A stretch of 12,282 nt of DNA, from assembly GCA_965216315.1 (NCBI GenBank), contig CBDCFN010000001.1:1-12282 (forward strand), written 5' to 3'. Under the pieces are notes generated by a model that saw only the letters and a program-made list of their open reading frames with translations, was not told the origin of the DNA and ran no database searches. This document shows, one piece after another, positions 1-7,377 of this stretch (position 1 is the stretch's first letter; every line of letters begins with the position of its first letter). The DNA is from a bacterium (GTDB lineage Bacteria; UBA10199; 2-02-FULL-50-16; JAJFLM01). Made by a program: the position numbers and the translations under genes.

Positions 1-738
1 AATCAATCTGTCTGCTAGGCGACCAACAGGGTTTTTTTTCGTATCGAGAGCCCAAAGAATCGAATAGATCTTTATCTGTTCTTGGTGATCTTTACGTTCC
101 TCCCCCGATTTGTAGTCAATTATTTCACATCCATCATCGTCGATGTTTATCAGGTCGGCCTTTCCCCTCCAAGATATTTGATCAGCAGTAATCCAAGCCT
201 CAGGGAAGCTTCCTCGAGAATAACACGTCTGAGATACATCATCGCTTTGAGTACGCTGCCTAGCTTGGGGAACAAGCTTTATGTCTTTCAATAACTGCTG
301 AACGCTTCGCCTGATATGACCTTGTCTAGCAGTGATTTTAGACTGCAAGTTCTTAACATCTTCAATAATTCTGGGATTGTCTGCTACTTGCTTTAAGTTC
401 GATGCGATGGTATCCGTGATAATTCTGCTGAAACCACTCAGTTGACGAATTACTCCGACCGCCGCTTCCGTTTCCAACGATATACATCCAGCTGCGGTAA
501 GATTATTAGTAACTATTTCAGCAGCTTCATGAATTATATTCCCAACTAAAGCATCCTCAGCTAGAGGCCTCGGATAACCCCTTTTATTCCATAGATCTTC
601 ATAATTGCTCTCCTGAAGCCACCATCTCCTAGGGCATGTCGCAATTTGCTTGTACGTAGAATAAGTCATGAAATCAGGCTTAGCAGGAGACGAAACCGGA
701 TTTCTTACTCGCCAGAAATCAGATGCCTGGGCGATCAT
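1..738 (-). CDS. PD-(D/E)XK nuclease, RecB/AddB/Cas4-like (3'-partial, runs off window; not in ORF track)
   Basis: Manual translation from the ATG at 738-736 (overlaps the druE TAA as TAATG) gives 246 open codons to position 1: MIAQASDFW...MTYSTYKQIATCPRRWWL (CPRRWW 636-619)...LVGNIIHEA (GNIIH 543-529)...FPEAWI...WRGKADLI (GKAD 165-154)...EIIDYKSG (DYK 117-109)...DHQEQIKIYSILW (QxxxY 78-64). Motif order and spacing match RecB/Cas4-family nucleases. Confidence 0.85.
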   Translation of the reverse strand, partial: MIAQASDFWRVRNPVSSPAKPDFMTYSTYKQIATCPRRWWLQESNYEDLWNKRGYPRPLAEDALVGNIIHEAAEIVTNNLTAAGCISLETEAAVGVIRQLSGFSRIITDTIASNLKQVADNPRIIEDVKNLQSKITARQGHIRRSVQQLLKDIKLVPQARQRTQSDDVSQTCYSRGSFPEAWITADQISWRGKADLINIDDDGCEIIDYKSGEERKDHQEQIKIYSILWALDTKKNPVGRLADRLI

Positions 739-3020
739 TAACTGATTGCTCTCATTATTTCGGTCGTGACTGAAGGAAGATGACGCGTCACAGTTATCTC
801 ATTGGCTGGAAAAACTTGAATGGTACCAGAATTGTCTAGTACGTCCTGAAGCTGTGGATCATTAAGTCGCTGAGGCGTGAGCGGATGGCTTACCGCAACT
901 ATAAGTTGTGTATTATCATGTGTTGATATTAGAATTGGGGCTCTTACTACTCCGATACCTGCAATATCAACAGTCTCGTTCCTGTGTAGTTCAACGCCAG
1001 AGAGACCTTGTCTTTGTAAATCGTTGTAAAGTCTATTTGTGGACAAATCTGTTCGCGTACTTTGAAGATTTGGTTCTCTGGCATTTATCAAATAATTTAA
1101 TAAATCTGCACCAAGCTGACGATCTAAACGATCATGCTCAAATTTGTTTTTGTAACTTCTGAGGCAGCGATAGCAAGATCTGTCACAGTGATCCGAACAG
1201 TTTTCCAGTATCCTGAGCGCACGGTTAAATAATTCAAGCCCGAACTCCCCGAGATGCGGAGAAAAGCCTGCGCCACCTGGCAATGTGTCGTAGAGATAGA
1301 TTTCAGCTTCTAGGCCGGTGCTTCCGGCCTCAGTTAAAGCGGGCCTGAATTCCGCCTGAATCTCCCCAGATTCAAGCGCCAACAACTGTGTACCTGCTAA
1401 AGTTAATGCTTCACATAAAGTGCGAAGAGCAGTTTCCGTACTGAGGAGACCGGGTCTCAATGTAATAGGAACATTAACTTGCAAGCTGATCAATAAAATA
1501 TCGGATGGAAAATCTGTTCCCAATACTATGGCTCGGGCAGTTCTCCCACCTGGGCAATCGGGTTCGCGATTATCTGGAAATGGTTTCCTATGACTTTGAG
1601 TTGTAGTGCCACGAAGAATTGCCGACGGTTCAATCGCTCCGCAGACAGTACAATAATTGTATCCCTCGTTAAGCGTACCTCTATTTGTTACCAGAAGATG
1701 TTCTCTTGTTCTGTATAATCTAATGCGTTCATTTATACGTTCCCATTCGCTTTCTGCTCCGGCCTCAGTCGTGAGCTTAGCACGAGTTGCATAGCTTCGT
1801 GCAGGTTGATCCTCTGGAGCTGTGACTGGCTGTATGTTGGAGGGATGTGCAAAACCTGGGGGGCGCAACCACCACGTTGCCGGCCCAAATGTGCCAGCCG
1901 ATCTACAGGCAGGACAATCCCTTACTTCATCTTTTTCGGCTTCCGAGGCAGGATGAGTCGAAGCAAACTGGCATTCTGAACATTCAAAGTAGAGCCTACG
2001 AGATTCCCATGCGCGCTGTCGTTCACTATAAATAGGCGTATATAGTGCTCCAGATTGCCACAATCGACCGTCTATCCACACATGTTTGCCGGGTGCATAC
2101 TGTGTTAAAGCTATGCTCAAGCCCTGCGAGGGAGTATAAAGAAACGCCTGGCGATAGCGTGTAAAATTGGCATCATCAAAAATGTAGAATGTCGTAACAT
2201 CTGTAGGAAAGGCATATCGTGGAAGGACACCCTTGTATAAGAGCCTATCCAAGAGATTCTCGGCTTCTGCGCGGCCGATATTTGTTGTTGTATCACCTGC
2301 TTCTGAAGGTACTTCCAGTGGCTCAAGAGCATCATCATTACTATCCTGTCCGTCTTCAAGATTAGGATCATACATAATAGCATCGTCAATGGGACGCAGG
2401 GTCTCTTCAATCAACTGATCTAAAAGTATTTGCCTTTGCGCTTGGTGTAAGTCATCCGGTAACCAATCATCGACATCATTTCTAAGGTGGGAGATATTTT
2501 CTCTAAGCCATTCCCCAAAATCATCTCTAGTCAGCACAGATGTACTACCGCGGAATGCCGCAACGCTTCCAAGAACGGAAAAGAGATTGTGGGGCTGGTC
2601 TTCTGGAGAGATGTGCGGTAATCGTGCCTGATGATATCTTTGAAGAAGATATGCCGTAACATGCCTTCTCGTTATATCGCAGTTATCTAAAGTAAGAATA
2701 GGGTCATCAACTTTGCCTCTAATCATTTGGTCTGGTTCACGGAAATAATGCTCATCATGACTATCGGAGCTCGCGAATCCGATCACGGTTGCTACAGTGG
2801 ACGACCTTCTACCTGCGCGGCCTGCTCTTTGTTGATAGTTTGCCCTCCCGGGAGGCATATTTCGCAGCGCCACACCGGATAACGCACCAATGTCTATTCC
2901 AACCTCCATTGTTGTTGTGCATGACAAGACATCGATAGCCATCCGATCGGGACCGTCGATTGTGTCACCCAGATCTACATCTTGAAACAGCAGTTCATAC
3001 TCCTCTGCTTTCGAGAACAC
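738..3020 (-). CDS. druE: C-terminal segment of DruE-like helicase (motifs V-VI, Zn ribbons, DUF1998); frame is open to 3269
   Basis: TTTMEVGIDIG (motif V), YQQRAGRAGRR (motif VI), GVLPRYAFP, ALTQYAPG, CSEC..CPAC, CTVC, and YDTLPGGAG...C...CDRSCYRCL (DUF1998 / MrfA-Hrq1-type Zn site). Confidence 0.75.
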   Translation of the reverse strand: MFSKAEEYELLFQDVDLGDTIDGPDRMAIDVLSCTTTMEVGIDIGALSGVALRNMPPGRANYQQRAGRAGRRSSTVATVIGFASSDSHDEHYFREPDQMIRGKVDDPILTLDNCDITRRHVTAYLLQRYHQARLPHISPEDQPHNLFSVLGSVAAFRGSTSVLTRDDFGEWLRENISHLRNDVDDWLPDDLHQAQRQILLDQLIEETLRPIDDAIMYDPNLEDGQDSNDDALEPLEVPSEAGDTTTNIGRAEAENLLDRLLYKGVLPRYAFPTDVTTFYIFDDANFTRYRQAFLYTPSQGLSIALTQYAPGKHVWIDGRLWQSGALYTPIYSERQRAWESRRLYFECSECQFASTHPASEAEKDEVRDCPACRSAGTFGPATWWLRPPGFAHPSNIQPVTAPEDQPARSYATRAKLTTEAGAESEWERINERIRLYRTREHLLVTNRGTLNEGYNYCTVCGAIEPSAILRGTTTQSHRKPFPDNREPDCPGGRTARAIVLGTDFPSDILLISLQVNVPITLRPGLLSTETALRTLCEALTLAGTQLLALESGEIQAEFRPALTEAGSTGLEAEIYLYDTLPGGAGFSPHLGEFGLELFNRALRILENCSDHCDRSCYRCLRSYKNKFEHDRLDRQLGADLLNYLINAREPNLQSTRTDLSTNRLYNDLQRQGLSGVELHRNETVDIAGIGVVRAPILISTHDNTQLIVAVSHPLTPQRLNDPQLQDVLDNSGTIQVFPANEITVTRHLPSVTTEIMRAIS

Positions 3021-3162
3021 ATCAGCAGACTGCGCCGCATTTAATTGTGCTGTATGCTCAGCTGCGATAATTGATAGCGGTGGAATATCATCTTCGAGAA
3101 GAGCCCTTGAGGTTTTACGGTAGTATTCCTTTCGAGCAGAAAAGACTGGATCAGTATTAGGA

Positions 3163-6100
3163 TCAATAATGTCGACTGCATCTTGACCACAATGTACACA
3201 GATGCGGTGTCCAGGGAATGGACGTTGGGTAGTGCGGCATGTCTGGCAATAGCCCCAGAGGTCCCTCCATTAGGAGGGTCACGCTACCACCACTTAGCCT
3301 GTAACCACCACCTCCTGTTTGAGTGCAAAAATGAGATAATAAAGCTGGCAACCAACGTTCTCTAAATGATCGTTTTAGCGTTGAAGTAGTTAGAAAATTA
3401 CGTTCAAATCTTCCGAACTTTCCCGTATTGTGTGTACTGATATATCTATTGGAACGATCTGTCGTATTTTCTCTCCAATCATCAGGACAAAGGCTTAGCC
3501 AGATTCGCTCCGGCTTTTGCCAATATCGAATCCAGTTTCGTAACAGTGCGAGTTTCTGTTCTTCAGACTCCGCTAATCCCGGGAGATCCGGTAATTCAAT
3601 AATCAAATCTTGAGATAAGTCTAATCGCTCACAGATTGATGCAAGCCCCAACGCTTCTAGTCCATAATATCTTGCGAAGATAATATCGTAAATGCCGTTC
3701 AATAGTGAGACCGGTGGCCGAGCCGTACGTAGAAATCTGTCGACAAATCGACCAAATTCTCGAGGGTTATTGAGTAAACCTGCATTTAACCTGTCAGTAA
3801 GCTGAGTTTCGTGACCTAAATCATCACTTTGTCGTATTTCCGGTCGGAGCCTTACGCCATACTCGTGAGCCGCTAATAAAACTGCAAAATAGGAATGGTC
3901 GAGAGTAAGGACCTCACTCATATCATCAAATCGATACATCCTGGCAAAGCCAGCTAGCAATAAGGGTCTGAGAGCATCCTTCATTGAGAGAGATTTTAAG
4001 TTTGGTGCCAATCTTGCTGCTGTCTGGCGCGAATCTGAAAACACCAGTGATTTGCGTCCGCGAAGTGGTGCGAATGGCGTTGCTAGATGCGGTCCCGGAG
4101 GTTGGACAGCAATTTGCTTTGAAACTAACGCTTGAAAGGGCTGATCGCCACTCGTCTGGTGATCTTGTACAGACGAACGTCCGTAGCCAGCTTGCTCGTC
4201 GCAGACGGCGCATGGCGAGAATTGTCCTGGCTCAGAATTACTTATTTGGTTGCGTCCATCAGCAACCCTATTTGGCTGGAGAAATACTTGTCTTACACGT
4301 TCGCCCAGTTGGTTTGGACTTCCCTGACCCGTAACAACATCAAAATCAAGCGGTTCTGGCTGGTTGTCGAGTGTCTCTGCAGGAGCCTCGAGTAGCAGGT
4401 CTATTGGCGATAATTCCCTCAAATCACCCTGTTCAGTTCGTATACGATTACCTTTCTCAGACCATAGATAACGAGGAGACTCGACATCGTCGGTATACGC
4501 ACGCGCATAAGCTGTACCACAATTACGACATGTGAACAGTTCATACACTCTCGCCCCACAGCTACAAATATCACGCGGCTGACTATATGGTCTGCCAGTT
4601 GGTCCGCCCCTATCAGTTTCAGAAATTGCTGTGCATTGAGGGTCCAAACAAGCCCAAAGCCCTGCAAGGCCACGGAATAAACAGTGTATTCTGCATGGTA
4701 GGAGACCCGGTAAATCTGGCTCTCTTCTAGCTATACTTCCGAATGCTAGAAGAGTAGTTACCGCCTTATCTCTCACCTCAGGATCAACTTCTGGAAATAT
4801 GAGTCCCCCAAGCGAATCAAGACGAATTGCAGATTGCATTGAAAGATTAATCAGTTGATTGAGAGGCTCGAATTCCCTTAAGGCTTCATACAATGCTAGA
4901 TGTAGAGGTAGATCAGGAGATACTCCACGCATAGTCAGAAATGATTGGATCACGTTGCTTCTTTGATCATCACTAGCATTATAAAATGACTGCAAATCAA
5001 TATTGCCTAATAGTTCAGCTTCTGCAGCACTCCCAGGCCTTGCATTATTTCTTAGGTCGAGTGTTCCTGTTATCGACGTAAAACCAGATGACGTCTTACC
5101 AGATAAGCGAGCGGCAAACTGCGCTGCGTAATCATGATCTGCAAAACTTGCACTGGTGCAAATCACCTGAATTCGGTCTTCTGGAACCGCTAATCTTGAT
5201 CTAAGTCTGCGCAATAACAGCGCAACCTCGGCACCCGCGGCACCGCGATAAAGATGCGCTTCATCAATGACTATAAGAAACCGTTCATTAGGATTCTCTC
5301 TAAGCCAAGCGCTAGTGCGATCGAATATCGGACGCTCAATTGGACGCATTAGCATGTATTCAAGCATCGAGTAGTTAGTCAGTAAGATGTCTGGCGGCGC
5401 TTCTAACACTTCGTGTCGGGTCAATAGTTCCACGTCCTCCGGTAACGTTACACATCTTGCAAATCGCCCATTTCTATCAGTCCATCTTTGATTTGGGCGC
5501 CCGTACCACCTCTCCAGGTCAGGTTTAGCAGGCCATTTTCCTCGCCGCTTCAGTTCTGCTATCAAGCGGGCGGAGGCTCCTCGTTGGGGATCATCAGGAT
5601 CTCTCGCTTTTCTTAAGTGGTCCACATAGTATCGTCCGATGGGCGCAAGTCTTTGTTGGTCTTTCTGTCTAGTGCGAATGCCAGGGTACAGGGTCCGACT
5701 TGTATATCTTGCGAAGCGAATAGGTCTTCCGCACCACTTATTAAATAGTGTTGTAATTCTGGGGTCACCAAAAAGAAGTCGTAAACGGCCAAGTTGGTCG
5801 TTTACCAGTGCATTCATTGGATAAAGAATGATGCAGCGGACGGCGTTGAATTCAGCGAACTGACTGCGCTTTTCAGCTGCTTCCATGGCGAGTTTACCTA
5901 GGATCGGCAATAAGAAACATTCAGTTTTTCCAGACCCTGTTCCAGTCATTACAACGGTATCTCTGCCGCATGCTAATGTATCTTTGATAGCTTCCGCTTG
6001 GTGTTGATATGGTGGATCGTGAATTAGGCACGAACCACCGTCTATACCACTTACTGCAGCGAAAGCTTCCAATGCAGCCTCATGCAGGCCTAATGATCGA

Positions 6101-6285
6101 AACATGTCTCCAGTTACGTATTTCGGCGTGCTTTCAATATATGGAACCTGGTAAATATTTCCCGCTTCTGACAACAGTCGCTGTCTTTCACGGACAAGGA
6201 ATGGGTGACTTATGTGGTATGTCGCTTCTATGTAATCCCGCAATTCATCTTGAAGGTGTGAAATTGTTTGGCCAATGGTATTCAT
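3163..6285 (-). CDS. druE: N-terminal segment of DruE-like SF2 DEAH helicase (last ~30 residues out of frame)
   Basis: PPYQHQ (Q motif), TGTGSGKTE (Walker A, 5946-5920), YPMNALVNDQ (Ia), TNYSMLEYML, DEAH (5265-5254), TSAS (III), Cys clusters CLDPQC/CSC/CRNC/CAVC, FSDSRQTAA (IV). Confidence 0.8.
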   Translation of the reverse strand: MNTIGQTISHLQDELRDYIEATYHISHPFLVRERQRLLSEAGNIYQVPYIESTPKYVTGDMFRSLGLHEAALEAFAAVSGIDGGSCLIHDPPYQHQAEAIKDTLACGRDTVVMTGTGSGKTECFLLPILGKLAMEAAEKRSQFAEFNAVRCIILYPMNALVNDQLGRLRLLFGDPRITTLFNKWCGRPIRFARYTSRTLYPGIRTRQKDQQRLAPIGRYYVDHLRKARDPDDPQRGASARLIAELKRRGKWPAKPDLERWYGRPNQRWTDRNGRFARCVTLPEDVELLTRHEVLEAPPDILLTNYSMLEYMLMRPIERPIFDRTSAWLRENPNERFLIVIDEAHLYRGAAGAEVALLLRRLRSRLAVPEDRIQVICTSASFADHDYAAQFAARLSGKTSSGFTSITGTLDLRNNARPGSAAEAELLGNIDLQSFYNASDDQRSNVIQSFLTMRGVSPDLPLHLALYEALREFEPLNQLINLSMQSAIRLDSLGGLIFPEVDPEVRDKAVTTLLAFGSIARREPDLPGLLPCRIHCLFRGLAGLWACLDPQCTAISETDRGGPTGRPYSQPRDICSCGARVYELFTCRNCGTAYARAYTDDVESPRYLWSEKGNRIRTEQGDLRELSPIDLLLEAPAETLDNQPEPLDFDVVTGQGSPNQLGERVRQVFLQPNRVADGRNQISNSEPGQFSPCAVCDEQAGYGRSSVQDHQTSGDQPFQALVSKQIAVQPPGPHLATPFAPLRGRKSLVFSDSRQTAARLAPNLKSLSMKDALRPLLLAGFARMYRFDDMSEVLTLDHSYFAVLLAAHEYGVRLRPEIRQSDDLGHETQLTDRLNAGLLNNPREFGRFVDRFLRTARPPVSLLNGIYDIIFARYYGLEALGLASICERLDLSQDLIIELPDLPGLAESEEQKLALLRNWIRYWQKPERIWLSLCPDDWRENTTDRSNRYISTHNTGKFGRFERNFLTTSTLKRSFRERWLPALLSHFCTQTGGGGYRLSGGSVTLLMEGPLGLLPDMPHYPTSIPWTPHLCTLWSRCSRHY

Positions 6286-6299
6286 AATATATTTCTAAT

Positions 6300-7376
6300 T
6301 TATGCCATCTGCTTTAACCAGAGGTTAGTTTGGCAGAATTTCACTTCACTTTGACAGTATTGACTTTTAAATCTGTACGCAAATAGGGAGTCCTTTGACT
6401 TAATTGGCTGGCCAATTGAATCCCACTTGCGGAGAACCCATCTAGGAACAGGCGAATAAAAATCGAATATGAATTGCTCATGATCTGTCTTGCTTACCCG
6501 GAACAACTGTGGTGATCCGTTAATAGCATCAAGCGCCATTTGAATGTACCATGCATCGTCGCATCCGCGTCCATTTGATCTTTCCAGCGGTAAATTTAGT
6601 GCTCGAGTGAGCTTTCCATTCTTGATTTCCAAATAACTCCAAAGGGCATTCCCGTACTTTCTTGGACGGCGAGCTATGAATCTGCCCACTGATTTGTGTA
6701 TAGGGCTCCATCGCTGCTTATAGAATCTCGGGTTTTCAGTTGGCTTCATTATCAGGACGTCTTCTTTAAGATCGACTTCTTGTGTCTGATCTAATTCTCT
6801 ATCAATTGCTTGAATGAATTTATGGGCAGTAATTTGTTTGGATGTAGAGAGCCAATATGGAGGGCAGAGCCAGTATTCTAGCGAGAATTCCATGAGACCC
6901 GATTTATTCAATATCGTAAGATCATCACCCGAGATACTATCTATTCGTCTTACATGTCTCCTATATGTTATTCGTGACTCCAAGTCACTAGGCAGAGGTG
7001 AAAAGTAGTCCGGTACGATCCCTAGCAATAGAAGTGCTCCTGGCTCGAGTTTTACAAATGCTGGAGGTCCTGCGTAGAGCAGCTTCCGCATTTGCCCTTC
7101 GTCAACAGAAGTAAGTTCCAATAAATCTCCATAAGATGTCATATCGTTGATAATGTCTGGGATTGACTGAATATACTCATCATCTACCAAGCCTCTAAGT
7201 AGTGAGCCAACCTGCGCAGTCAGCGTACTAGCTGAACAAGGACAAATAAAGCCTGCGACCTTCCTTACTGTTGCCGCAATGGCTTCAGGTGATGAAAGGT
7301 TCAATGCCTGTGAATTCAAACGAAGATTCGCAATGACAATTCTCTTAGCTTCATTGTATTCCAAAACTCTCATCAC
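6300..7376 (-). CDS. Druantia accessory protein, DruD-like by position and size (start GTG 7376 or ATG 7373)
   Basis: 358-codon ORF starting 1 nt after the upstream stop and ending 14 nt before druE. No recognisable catalytic motif; the DruD assignment rests on gene order only. Confidence 0.65.
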   Translation of the reverse strand: MMRVLEYNEAKRIVIANLRLNSQALNLSSPEAIAATVRKVAGFICPCSASTLTAQVGSLLRGLVDDEYIQSIPDIINDMTSYGDLLELTSVDEGQMRKLLYAGPPAFVKLEPGALLLLGIVPDYFSPLPSDLESRITYRRHVRRIDSISGDDLTILNKSGLMEFSLEYWLCPPYWLSTSKQITAHKFIQAIDRELDQTQEVDLKEDVLIMKPTENPRFYKQRWSPIHKSVGRFIARRPRKYGNALWSYLEIKNGKLTRALNLPLERSNGRGCDDAWYIQMALDAINGSPQLFRVSKTDHEQFIFDFYSPVPRWVLRKWDSIGQPIKSKDSLFAYRFKSQYCQSEVKFCQTNLWLKQMA

Positions 7377-7377
7377 A

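Larger units (their letters stand above)
738..6285 (-). pseudogene. druE: Druantia DruE-like DEAH-box helicase with DUF1998 domain, interrupted by a +1 frameshift (real lesion or sequencing error); ~1848 aa if joined
   Basis: Helicase motifs Q, I, Ia, II, III and IV are in ORF 3163..6285; motifs V, VI and DUF1998 are in ORF 738..3020. The second frame is open up to 3269 and encodes WGYCQTC..ICVHC..AAEHTAQL before the track's GTG start. Removing 1 nt gives 5547 nt = 1848 aa plus stop. Lies at the end of a druA-led operon. Confidence 0.8.

Noticed and set aside
32..39. T8 tract (A8 on the coding strand), possible slippery or phase-variation site
   Set aside because: The frame is intact (T-K-K-N), and downstream context is outside the window, so nothing supports a function.
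67..94. GATCTTTA repeated twice, 20 nt apart
   Set aside because: Two short copies within coding sequence; not an array.
82..294. 70-aa plus-strand ORF
   Set aside because: Antisense to the motif-bearing nuclease gene at 1-738.
1..738. cas4 of a CRISPR-Cas locus
   Set aside because: No repeat-spacer array or other cas genes in the window; the motifs are shared across the RecB/AddB/Cas4 family.
3018..3020. GTG start for an independent 760-aa protein
   Set aside because: The frame extends 83 codons upstream through a Zn ribbon and EHTAQL, and there is no clear SD; it is the continuation of the helicase.
738..6285. DISARM DrmA/DrmB interpretation of the two helicase ORFs
   Set aside because: The split falls between helicase motifs IV and V rather than between helicase and DUF1998; there is no methyltransferase or SNF2 gene in view, and druA is present.
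908..6287. Short ORFs (60-116 aa) overlapping druE on either strand
   Set aside because: Shadow frames of a long gene with conserved motifs; no recognisable features.
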